From Candidatus Peregrinibacteria bacterium (lineage in GTDB: Bacteria > Patescibacteriota > Gracilibacteria > Peribacterales > Peribacteraceae): a stretch of 63,938 nt of DNA. Each line of letters begins with the position of its first letter. The stretch's first letter is position 1. Positions 35,572-43,986 of the stretch are shown in pieces. The DNA lies in contig JBAWYM010000002.1 of NCBI GenBank assembly GCA_037143575.1, positions 1 to 63,938 on the forward strand. The letters run 5' to 3'. A program made the translations under genes and the position numbers. A model generated the notes under the pieces. It was not told the origin of the DNA. It did no database searches and worked only from the letters and a program-made list of their open reading frames with translations.

Positions 35572-37328
35572 TGCGCAAACACCCTTCATTATTCGGCGAA
35601 CAGCGACTATTGTTCTTTGTTGAGGTTCCCAAAGCTCAAGTCGAAGAGATGAAAGATGTCGCAGGAAAGGCGGAAAAACAACTACTGGCGGGATTGCCCG
35701 ATAAGCCTGAACTTGCCATTCAGATACAACAATTCAAAATCGATGCCGCAGAAAATGATGGGGCTAAATTAAAGGCATCATTCGAAGCGGGCATGAAGTC
35801 ATTGGCACAAGCTTTGTTTGATAAAGATAAGGCTTCTGCATCGACCGTAGCTGAATTAACCTCTCTGGCCGCAAGAGTCCAAGGGAAAATGGAGGCATCG
35901 AATGCGCCGGTGACGCTCAACGTAGATGCGGTGACAAAAAATCTGACCATTGGAGTGGGGGAAGTCCGCTATCTCACCCCTGAGACGGCGAAAATGATAG
36001 AAGATAATCTCCCCGGCTGCCCAGAGGATATGCTTCGTGCGATTAAAGAAGCTGCGAAGGAAGCTGTGCCCGGCTCGCGAATTCTCGAAGGGTTCACAAA
36101 TTTTTCAGCGGCGATGCGGGCAATCCCGCTTGAACATAGAGTGTTGGCGCTTCTCGTGCTTACTGGGAAGAAAGAGAGTAGAGATATTAAAGATACGGCG
36201 ATACAAGGGAAGGTGGATTCTTTCGTCGCATACTGCAAGGGAGATACAGGCGTTCAACAGCTCATGAAGAAGGTGCGTGGAAAATTTATGTTGATCAAAG
36301 GAGAGGAGAATGCAGAGAAGCGGAAAGATTCTGATGCAAAGATCCCTGGTCATGCCCTTGGGCTTTGTAAGAACTTCGATGAAAAACCAAATCCGACTCA
36401 AGCAGACAAGAATCTCATGCTCGCGAAGCTGATGATGGCGGGGGTAGACGTGAGTAATGAGGCAGCAGTCTTCGATAAGAAGCTTTCTCCGGAAGCGCGC
36501 TTCCCGCCGCTGCAGGGGGATGCGTTCGATCTCGCACTGAACAAGGCAATGGGTGCCCTCTCCTTTTTGGCCAATCTCTATGAGCAGGTGCAGGGTGTTG
36601 TCCAGAAGCCCGGAGAAAAGAAAAAGGAAGCCGCAGCAGCGAAGGCTGCCGAGTCGGCTGGCTCCGCTCCTGAGGATGCCACAGTAACTGCCCAAAGAAC
36701 AAAACTCTTGGGCGAAATGAAGGTTGCTCCAGGCACATCTGTTGATGCATATATTGCAGCTAAAGAAGGCCTGCAGGGAACAAAGCAGAGGGAAGTGGCT
36801 GGCAAAGAAGGAGATGTCGTTACGAAGAAGGGATTGGCCGCCGCAGCATCTGCAACGCCTGCTGATACAGCCGCTCTCGCCACCGCCGAAGCAACCCTGT
36901 CAAAAGCGCAGAAAGAGCTCAAGGAGCTCACCACTGATGTTGATCAGTTGAAATTGATGAAGACTGGCGCCGAACAATCCAATAAAGATATCCGGGAAAA
37001 TGTCGATGCTCTTCGGACTCTTCTGGCAACGGATCTCGTAAAGGATCGCGAAGGGGCTTCGGCACTTGCAGAGTTTTTGAAAGGCCTTGGTTGCTCTCTT
37101 ATCCTACCAGTTGGATTGGAGTTGAAAATCAGCGCTTCCGGCGGCGTTCCTTCGTTAGTGAATATGGGGAAGTTCAATAATGTGGTTCTCAGCCAATTGA
37201 AGAAAGATCCTGGCGGGGTGATCACCTTTGATGCATTGGGGAATGTCACGAGCAAGCCCGAAGATTTCGCCAGCGCTCTTAAGAGCTTGAGAGCCCATTA
37301 CATCGCAGAATCTGCGAAACCAAAATAG
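35568..37328 (+). CDS. hypothetical Ala/Lys-rich protein (586 aa)
   Basis: It is a long intact ORF, probably largely helical. I see no TM segment, signal peptide or recognised domain. Confidence 0.5.
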   Translation: MMRKHPSLFGEQRLLFFVEVPKAQVEEMKDVAGKAEKQLLAGLPDKPELAIQIQQFKIDAAENDGAKLKASFEAGMKSLAQALFDKDKASASTVAELTSLAARVQGKMEASNAPVTLNVDAVTKNLTIGVGEVRYLTPETAKMIEDNLPGCPEDMLRAIKEAAKEAVPGSRILEGFTNFSAAMRAIPLEHRVLALLVLTGKKESRDIKDTAIQGKVDSFVAYCKGDTGVQQLMKKVRGKFMLIKGEENAEKRKDSDAKIPGHALGLCKNFDEKPNPTQADKNLMLAKLMMAGVDVSNEAAVFDKKLSPEARFPPLQGDAFDLALNKAMGALSFLANLYEQVQGVVQKPGEKKKEAAAAKAAESAGSAPEDATVTAQRTKLLGEMKVAPGTSVDAYIAAKEGLQGTKQREVAGKEGDVVTKKGLAAAASATPADTAALATAEATLSKAQKELKELTTDVDQLKLMKTGAEQSNKDIRENVDALRTLLATDLVKDREGASALAEFLKGLGCSLILPVGLELKISASGGVPSLVNMGKFNNVVLSQLKKDPGGVITFDALGNVTSKPEDFASALKSLRAHYIAESAKPK

Positions 37329-37371
37329 GGAGGAGGGAATCATAACTTCAGAGCATTGCATCGTGCGGATT

Positions 37372-39039
37372 TTAGTTCGCTGTTTCGGCTATGCACCTCT
37401 CGCACCAAACCTGCATATCCGTATCCGCCGGGTACGTGGTGATCATGTCGCTGCCACACTTGGTGCACTTCCCCGTGCGCAGTTTGCAGGGATTCTTGGC
37501 CTTCAGCCGTGCATCGTATCGGCAGTCTGGGCAGCAGACCGGGAGCGGGATTTTCCTCTTACGGTAGACCGTCAGCTCTTGAGCGACGATCTTGTAATTC
37601 TTCCCGCATGTCGTGCACCTGAGCAGTTCCTTCGTGACGTCATCCTGCACCTGGTCGATGGTATCGGGGACAGAGTAGATCTGATCTTTGGGATTGCGGG
37701 GCTCATCCTGGTGCCAACGGTAACCACGCTCTTTTGCCTGTGCTTCGGTGAGCGGATACTGTTCCTGTGCCGCCGTTTCGTTGTAGGCGAAGAGCGCGCA
37801 GGAAGCCGGGAAGAATTCTCCCCACTCTTTGGTCGATCGCATCTGTGCGATAATTTTGGGCAGGAGGGCGGCATAGTCTTTTTCGGAATACTGCGTATTG
37901 AGAATGCAGTGAGACGCAGACTTGAGCCCAACGGAGCCGAAGATATCTTTCGAGGAATTGATGAAGAGGGAATAGCGAATCTGCTGGCAATTTGATGTTC
38001 GGCCACAGAATTGCACATCGTAAGAGGCCGCCCCGGAAGTTGTTTCGTAGAGCAGCTCGCTGTTTCTCCCGCCCGTATAGGCATCCATCGAATCGCGGTA
38101 CAAATTCACATCCCACAAGTACCGTCCGTCCGAACTGTCGAGCGTACCGAAGCATTGATGACAATTTTTGCAGTGCAGGAGGTTGTCGCCGGTGACGTTT
38201 TCACATTGGGCGTTCGTCAGTGCCCTTCGTACCGCCTTCTTGCGAATATCCCGGTACATTTTCTCCGCCAGTTCCACCATATGTCGTGAGCCGAAGTTGA
38301 ACTCCTTCAGTCGTGCTTCGTATTGTTCTTTGGTGAGCTGTTCATTGAGGAAGCAGAAGCGCTTATTGCGAAGGTTGCAGCACATGAAACAGTCCATGCA
38401 GGAGTGGCAATCGAGGAGGAATGCCGATGTCGCGCAGTGCGAGCAGGAGAAGAGAAAGCGGCTATCCTGGCATTCCACGCAGTCGACGCACTCGTAGAGG
38501 AAGGAGGATTTCTTGACCTGTGTACAGTCCACACAATCGTTGCTCCGGCTGCCGTGATAGGTGTAGAGCATGTCCTGCGATTGATGGGTGCGGGAGCAGA
38601 GGTAGCAATTGCTGCACTCGCGCATGTCGCTGTTGAATTCGCAGTTTTCGGAGAGCTCGACGCGCAGTGATGGAAGTGGGATTTCGAGGAGGAAATTCCT
38701 GAACTGTTCGAAAAATGGTTTGGAAAAATCGTATGGTCGGCCGTAAGCGAATGGGTCAAATTTATCACCGTACCAGTAATCCTTCTCGCAGACCTTGAAG
38801 GGTGAATCCGGGGAGAAGACCGAGACGATATCCTTGCCGGTGACGTCACATTTGCGGCGGTAAAGATGATGCTCATTGCGAAAGGCCATGCGGCGCTGTT
38901 GGCGACAGTCGGGGCAGAGGGTGGGCGGCGGGAGCGGTTCTTTCTTCCCCGCAATCATTGGCGAAAGCTTCTCGAGGAGGGCGAGATCATCGGGGAGGAT
39001 CTCGAAGGAGAGGCGGCAGTGGGGGCAGGCTTGGGGCAT
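37372..39039 (-). CDS. large cysteine-rich protein with N- and C-terminal zinc ribbons (paralog B)
   Basis: The 555-aa ORF has 'CPHCR...LSPMIAGKKEPLPPPTLCPDCRQQRRMAFRNEHHLYRRKCD...PFFEQFR'. This aligns with roughly half of its positions identical to 6624..8309. The C-terminus has 'CTKCGS-x17-CERC'. Confidence 0.8.
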   Translation of the reverse strand: MPQACPHCRLSFEILPDDLALLEKLSPMIAGKKEPLPPPTLCPDCRQQRRMAFRNEHHLYRRKCDVTGKDIVSVFSPDSPFKVCEKDYWYGDKFDPFAYGRPYDFSKPFFEQFRNFLLEIPLPSLRVELSENCEFNSDMRECSNCYLCSRTHQSQDMLYTYHGSRSNDCVDCTQVKKSSFLYECVDCVECQDSRFLFSCSHCATSAFLLDCHSCMDCFMCCNLRNKRFCFLNEQLTKEQYEARLKEFNFGSRHMVELAEKMYRDIRKKAVRRALTNAQCENVTGDNLLHCKNCHQCFGTLDSSDGRYLWDVNLYRDSMDAYTGGRNSELLYETTSGAASYDVQFCGRTSNCQQIRYSLFINSSKDIFGSVGLKSASHCILNTQYSEKDYAALLPKIIAQMRSTKEWGEFFPASCALFAYNETAAQEQYPLTEAQAKERGYRWHQDEPRNPKDQIYSVPDTIDQVQDDVTKELLRCTTCGKNYKIVAQELTVYRKRKIPLPVCCPDCRYDARLKAKNPCKLRTGKCTKCGSDMITTYPADTDMQVWCERCIAETAN

Positions 39040-39115
39040 TACTGAGGGAGATTACGGGAATACAGGAATACAGGGGGATTTTAGCCGGACTCTCCGTTCG
39101 GTGAAATCTCCTCTG

Positions 39116-39475
39116 CTACAGATGCTCCGCAGGCTCTTGCATTACCGTGGCGGTAACAGGAGCGGGGGCCGATGGGATTACGGTAACTGTTTCCGTGTCT
39201 GATGACGACGCTCCTTTGAACTTGGCTACCACTATTGTCGCACCGCCGCCGGCCAGAAGGCCCTGTATGAGATTATCGACGGGGGCAGAATTCTTGAGGA
39301 GGACGAAGCCGAGGACGCCTCCGATGAGGAGGGAGGTGAGCTGCTTCATGCGGCTGCGCTCGATGGGGAAGGCCGAGAAGATCGCCTCGCAGAGGAAGAA
39401 CGTGAGGACGGCGATGTACGCCGCATCACCGTTGAGGTACTTGCCGAGGACGCTGGTGAGGAGGGAGGAATCCAT
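39116..39475 (-). CDS. small membrane protein (holin-like by context only)
   Basis: The 119-aa ORF has 2-3 hydrophobic segments and a Ser/Thr/Pro tail. It lies immediately downstream of the amidase gene on the same strand. Confidence 0.4.
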   Translation of the reverse strand: MDSSLLTSVLGKYLNGDAAYIAVLTFFLCEAIFSAFPIERSRMKQLTSLLIGGVLGFVLLKNSAPVDNLIQGLLAGGGATIVVAKFKGASSSDTETVTVIPSAPAPVTATVMQEPAEHL

Positions 39476-39536
39476 GACGGAGGTTGGAAAGGTTTGGATG
39501 AAGTTCGAAAGGCCTGAAAGGTTTACGATTACTCAA

Positions 39537-40355
39537 TCATCCCTGTATCCCATGATGACTGCGCAGGTGCCGCGCGAGGACGGTTGCCAGTTCCGCACGC
39601 GAGACCGGTCGCTCCGGGTGAAAGAGGCCGTCTGCCGACATCTGGAAGAGCCCCTCGCGGAGGCAGAGCTTCACATCCTCGCGGTACCAGGCGAGCGCGG
39701 GGAGATCGGTGAAGGACGTGGGTGGAGTGGCGGGGCCGTGGAGAGGTGGGAGGGAGCATTGCACGCGGATTGCCCTGTGCAGTCCGTCGACGATTTTCTC
39801 CCGCAGAGCGGCATCCGTCAGAACTTTGGCGTCGAATTCATTGGAGAGGAATCCTGCCTCGAAGAGACATCCGACGCACAGGGTGTCATCGAGGATCCCG
39901 AGTCTTCCCCAGCGGTTGTCGGAGGAGATGAGCGCGGGTCGCGAACGCGGTGGGAGGCCGGTGGTGGTGGCGACCTGCTCGACGAGCGTCTTGGCGAAAT
40001 CGATCATCGTCGGGAACCTGGGGGAGTACCACGCTTCCAGCCCCCGAGCCGCTGGATCGGAAGCGGCATTCACGTGGATCGACAGGAGTAGCGCGTCCTC
40101 AGACTTCCACTGGTTCTCCTGACAGAGGATATTCACTTCTTTGATGTGATCGATGAGCATCAGCCGCTCATCCACACTCACTTTGATGATTTGTACCCCC
40201 CGAAAGTCCGGGTCCGCCGACAATTGCCCAGCCAACGACTGCGCCATCGCTACCACTTCCTTGCGCTCGGTCGTTCCGTTCCCCGCTGCACCATTATCGA
40301 TGCCCCCCGTGGGTCCCAGTCCGTGGCCGGCATCGACGAAGATTGCTTTGATCAT
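39537..40355 (-). CDS. N-acetylmuramoyl-L-alanine amidase (Amidase_3) with a C-terminal SLH domain
   Basis: The Amidase_3 motifs are 'IFVDAGHG', 'LLLSIHVNAA', 'GLEAWY' and 'CLFEAGFLSN'. The C-terminus 'FTDLPALAWYREDVKLCLREGLFQMSADGLFHPERPVSRAELATVL' is an SLH motif. Confidence 0.8.
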   Translation of the reverse strand: MIKAIFVDAGHGLGPTGGIDNGAAGNGTTERKEVVAMAQSLAGQLSADPDFRGVQIIKVSVDERLMLIDHIKEVNILCQENQWKSEDALLLSIHVNAASDPAARGLEAWYSPRFPTMIDFAKTLVEQVATTTGLPPRSRPALISSDNRWGRLGILDDTLCVGCLFEAGFLSNEFDAKVLTDAALREKIVDGLHRAIRVQCSLPPLHGPATPPTSFTDLPALAWYREDVKLCLREGLFQMSADGLFHPERPVSRAELATVLARHLRSHHGIQG

Positions 40356-40513
40356 AGGAGGGGAATGGTAGCTCCTCGAAAATTGAAAGGCAATGCGGGG
40401 TGTTTCAGTCGCTGGATCCAGACGGGTTGCGCTCTTCGCGCTCCGCAGAAATCGAGATTTTGAGGGCTGAGAGAACTATCTACCAAGAGCCGTGTGGTAC
40501 TATCCCGTTGGTC

Positions 40514-40548
40514 GATCTTTCTCTTATATCTACATGCCGAGGTGGCGG
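40514..40548 (+). repeat. duplicate of the tRNA-Leu upstream region plus its first 13 nt
   Basis: 'gatctttctct..(9)..atgccgaggtggcgg' occurs at 40514..40548 and again at 40615..40649. The copies are separated by a 66-nt segment containing a '...gacatgctcaggac...' repeat. Confidence 0.65.
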
Positions 40549-40636
40549 CCCTTCGCCTCTCGACTCCACTCGAGATGACATGCTCAGGACCGCTCGTAGA
40601 TATATACTCCTCCTGATCTTTCTCTCGATAATTTAT

Positions 40637-40723
40637 GCCGAGGTGGCGGAATTGGTAGACGCGCCAGCCTTAGGAGCTGGTCCGCTTATGCGGTTGGAGG
40701 TTCGAGTCCTCTCCTCGGCACCA
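40637..40723 (+). tRNA. tRNA-Leu (anticodon UAG), class II with long variable arm, CCA encoded
   Basis: I folded the cloverleaf by hand. The acceptor is GCCGAGG/CCTCGGC, the anticodon stem is CCAGC/GCTGG with loop CTTAGGA, the variable stem is CCGC/GCGG, and the T-arm is GGAGG-TTCGAGT-CCTCT. The 3' end is ACCA. Confidence 0.9.
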
Positions 40724-40756
40724 CGTAAAACGCCTGCGGCGCACGTGGCACAGCCA

Positions 40757-41230
40757 CTAACTCGGTCTCACATGTGTGAAGATCAAAATAAGATCGACAC
40801 CGATAGTCAGGAGCATTAATTGCAGGGCTAGTGGGACATATCGATTTCTGTAATACAGTATTGATCCGCATAATCCGCCTACACCTGCGGCAATAGCCAA
40901 TAGCATTCTGAGTGTCATGGGCTCCTGATATCCTTTCGTCGTGATGAAGAAGAAGACAGGTGCGAGAAAAAATAGAGAAAAGAAAACGACACAGAATGCT
41001 TTTACCTCTCGAGATACTCGGGGGATGATGCTCACAGGACTTCTCAGAGGGTAGAGCAATAGATCATCGTAGGGTTTCGTGAAATGCCAAAGGGCTTCTC
41101 CGAGGATGGTCAGAATAATTGCGGCGATCAACATCGTTATGCTCTGTGTATATACGGAAAACAGAACAAAGAGCGGGCAAACGATGAGCATGATTCCGCC
41201 GATCTGTTTTCGGATAGTCATCTGCCTCAC
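40757..41230 (-). CDS. hypothetical membrane protein
   Basis: The 157-aa ORF has 4 hydrophobic segments. Confidence 0.45.
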   Translation of the reverse strand: MRQMTIRKQIGGIMLIVCPLFVLFSVYTQSITMLIAAIILTILGEALWHFTKPYDDLLLYPLRSPVSIIPRVSREVKAFCVVFFSLFFLAPVFFFITTKGYQEPMTLRMLLAIAAGVGGLCGSILYYRNRYVPLALQLMLLTIGVDLILIFTHVRPS

Positions 41231-41274
41231 TATACCTGCCGTCCAGCTCGGCGAGAAGCATGCGCCATTGATAC

Positions 41275-42258
41275 TCAGATCTTCTCCGTCCCCATCGCCA
41301 CCCGATCCGCCCGGGCGTTCGTCTCGTCGCGGACTCTGGCTGCCTCCCGCTCGGCCGCGCGCAGTCGTTCCTGGCCTTCCTTTTCGATAGCGGCGAGGCG
41401 CATCCGTTCCTCCAGCGCCGCATCATCGCGTTTGCGGCGGCAGAGGAGCTCGGCTTCCTGAGAGTGCCTTGTGCCTTCGGTATCTGTCTCCTGATTCTTT
41501 CGGCGGTATTCCTGGACGATCTTCTCGGTGCTCTGGCGCTCCTCCTGTTCCACTGAACGGACTTCCATAGAGCGGGCGGGTTCCGGGAGAGACTCTGCCA
41601 TGTTCTTCTTTCGGGAAAAATCACTCATGTTCATTTGCTTCTTCCCCTGTTCCTCCATCATCAATTTCGCCTTCTTCGCTCTCGCCTCTTCCTGTGCTTC
41701 CTCTTTGAGTCGGTGCTCTTCGCTGTCCGCATCGGCACGTTTCTTTCTTGAGAGAGCAGCTGCCTTCTCCCGTTCCTTGCGCTCCCACACGTCGATCTCC
41801 AGCCGCGCGCGGGCCATCGTCCGGTCGCTCTCCTGACGCGCTTCGTCGCGCATGCGCTCGGCGTCATCTTTGCGTTTCTGCAGGGCAGTGATGTGCGCGT
41901 TCGACGCCGCCATTTCGTCCATGTATTCCTTCTGCTTTTTCTCCTCCTGATGATGCTTCTCTTCCTGCTCCTTCCAGTACTGCACTTCTTCGGCCTTTTT
42001 CTTCTTCATCTCTTCGACTTCTCGCTCATTCACCGTGCGTTGCTCTTTCCACTTTTTCCCCGCTGCGACACTCTCTCGTTCCTCTTGTTCCCCTTGGAGG
42101 ATGGCTTCATGATCGCGTCCAAGCTGTCTGGCCTCTTCGGCCTTGTGCTCTTTACGTTTCTCCTCCACTCGCAAAAGATCCTCCTCACGCTTCAGGCGAT
42201 TCTGCTCCTCGAGCTTGTCCCTGAGGAGACGCGCCGGGTCGGGAGGTGGGGAGGACAT
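41275..42258 (-). CDS. hypothetical highly charged (E/K/R-rich) coiled-coil-type protein
   Basis: The 327-aa ORF has low-complexity charged heptad-like composition throughout. Confidence 0.5.
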   Translation of the reverse strand: MSSPPPDPARLLRDKLEEQNRLKREEDLLRVEEKRKEHKAEEARQLGRDHEAILQGEQEERESVAAGKKWKEQRTVNEREVEEMKKKKAEEVQYWKEQEEKHHQEEKKQKEYMDEMAASNAHITALQKRKDDAERMRDEARQESDRTMARARLEIDVWERKEREKAAALSRKKRADADSEEHRLKEEAQEEARAKKAKLMMEEQGKKQMNMSDFSRKKNMAESLPEPARSMEVRSVEQEERQSTEKIVQEYRRKNQETDTEGTRHSQEAELLCRRKRDDAALEERMRLAAIEKEGQERLRAAEREAARVRDETNARADRVAMGTEKI

Positions 42259-42300
42259 ATCAGGGTATCTGAGCAGAAAAAGGCTGCCGTGTCGCCCATT

Positions 42301-42393
42301 GTCTGAACCTTGATTCAGAGGATTGTAAGGATTACTTGATGGCGCTCATTCGAAGATCATCATGAGAATCTAGTAATCCTTTTAATCAGGGTT
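42301..42393. repeat. 93-bp structured repeat, copy A (inverted relative to copy B)
   Basis: The reverse complement of 42301..42393 aligns with 43894..43986 with 9 mismatches out of 93, by hand alignment. Each copy also has self-complementary ends. Confidence 0.8.
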
Positions 42394-42420
42394 TAGACAA
42401 GGGGGGCGTGGGAGATGCTT

Positions 42421-43818
42421 TCACGCTCGTCCTCGCTTCGCCTTCCTCCACCCTGCGATTCCTCCCGCCATTGCCGTGAGCAGTAGCCCTGCTCCGAGTC
42501 CGCTTCCAGGCAGTGCGCTGGAGGATTTTTGCACTGGGATAATGGAGGCAAGGGTGTGCGGCGCATTGGTGTAGGCATTCGAGAAGACTTCGCTGAAGCG
42601 GCCCATGGAGGGGCGACCCTTGGTATCGATCAGTGCGACGCCCACACCGAACGGTGCACGTGTGACTCCCGGGAATTGCACGCCGGTCATGGTGCGCTTG
42701 AGATACTGCGGCGGACTGAATGTGCGCCCGCCATCGCGGCTCTGGCGAACGATCACCGAGGCATCAGCGGGTGCATTGGGAGCATACGTCCACTGGACGG
42801 TGACGAGGAATTTCCCCTCAGCACTGGGGTCCGGCACCGCTTCCATGCGGAAATCGAGGAAATCCGCAATCATGCCAGCAGGAGGGAGCTGTTGCTCCTG
42901 TGCTGTCGGTTCTGTTTGCGGAGGGGGATTGCCGGTGTCGTGTCCCTGGAAGAACGCCGTCCGTTCCACGGCATCGAGCGCGCTGCTTCCTTCTCCCTTG
43001 AGAGCATCGCCGATCTGGATCTCGTACACCATCCCCGCTGTCTGTCGCGGAGTCTGAAGTTCGATCGTGCTGCCGTCGATGGTAATCTGTTCGATGGGGA
43101 GGATGGTCCCCCCCGGTCCGCCGATGGTCATCGCTTTTCCTGCAGCTTCGGGGTCGGTGATAATGGGCAGAGAAAATTCCAGAGTGATGCGGGTCGCCGA
43201 GAGGGGTTTTACAGAGAGTAAATGGAGCGGCCCTTCAGGAGGAATGCTGATGGCGACGGAAGAAGGAGTAGAAGCAGAAGAAGAGAGAACGGGCTCTACA
43301 ATGGTTGCAGCGGAGGAAGACGATACCGCGGCTGATACTTTGGTCGGGAGTGCCGGAGCCGAAGACACCGGAGAGGGAGTCTGAAAGGGATCTAGGCTCT
43401 GCGTGGCTGTCGTGCTCGGAGCAGAGGAGGGAGATAGAGAGACACGTTCGAAGCTCAGCGAGGTTTCTTCCATGAAGAAGGCACTCTCTTCCCCGCCCTT
43501 GTTCACTGCCATGACACCGAAGTATGTCTTGCCGGCACTCGGGACGAAATCCTGCAGGATCTTCTCCGTCACCGGTCCGTCGGTCGCTTCGAAGTCATCG
43601 TACGCACCGTCGTTCTCCAGAATAGACATGCGGCTGCTATAGATTCTGTAGGAAGCGATATCGCTGCCCTGAACGGCTTGCCACGTTATGCGCACCTTCC
43701 CATCTGTCTGCTTCACCGCTCCGATCCCGGTGACACTGAGCGGAGGCGTGGCAAGCACGGAGATCGGCATGAGGAGCGCGACAGCAATGGCCAGAAGAGA
43801 GAGGTGTTTGTGGATCAT
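42421..43818 (-). CDS. secreted surface protein with an Ig/FN3-like region and a C-terminal sorting-signal-like tail
   Basis: The signal peptide is 'LSLLAIAVALLMPISVLA'. The middle has S/P/T-rich linkers. The C-terminus 'LPGSG-LGAGLLLTAMAGGIAGW-RKAKRGRA' is an LPxTG-like motif, then a hydrophobic stretch, then a basic tail. Confidence 0.6.
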   Translation of the reverse strand: MIHKHLSLLAIAVALLMPISVLATPPLSVTGIGAVKQTDGKVRITWQAVQGSDIASYRIYSSRMSILENDGAYDDFEATDGPVTEKILQDFVPSAGKTYFGVMAVNKGGEESAFFMEETSLSFERVSLSPSSAPSTTATQSLDPFQTPSPVSSAPALPTKVSAAVSSSSAATIVEPVLSSSASTPSSVAISIPPEGPLHLLSVKPLSATRITLEFSLPIITDPEAAGKAMTIGGPGGTILPIEQITIDGSTIELQTPRQTAGMVYEIQIGDALKGEGSSALDAVERTAFFQGHDTGNPPPQTEPTAQEQQLPPAGMIADFLDFRMEAVPDPSAEGKFLVTVQWTYAPNAPADASVIVRQSRDGGRTFSPPQYLKRTMTGVQFPGVTRAPFGVGVALIDTKGRPSMGRFSEVFSNAYTNAPHTLASIIPVQKSSSALPGSGLGAGLLLTAMAGGIAGWRKAKRGRA

Positions 43819-43893
43819 GGGTGGGGATGTGGGTATTTCCCTTTAGTATAGCAGAATCACGCTTTCTCGGCAATTTGCCATTAACGGTATTTG

Positions 43894-43986
43894 CACCTTG
43901 ATTACAAGGATTACCGGATACTCATGATGATCTTCGAATGAGCGTCATCAAGTAATCCTTACAATCCTTTTAATCAAGGTTCAGAC
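43894..43986. repeat. 93-bp structured repeat, copy B (overlaps the aspS stop codon)
   Basis: See copy A. The terminal stem is 'accttgattacaaggatta'/'taatccttttaatcaaggt'. Confidence 0.8.

Noticed and set aside
39116-40355. Interpretation of the amidase/holin-like pair as a prophage remnant
   Set aside because: No integrase, terminase, portal, capsid or tail genes occur nearby. The adjacent tRNA-Leu shows a 5' rather than a 3' duplication. The pair is therefore reported only as a lysis-like cassette of uncertain origin.
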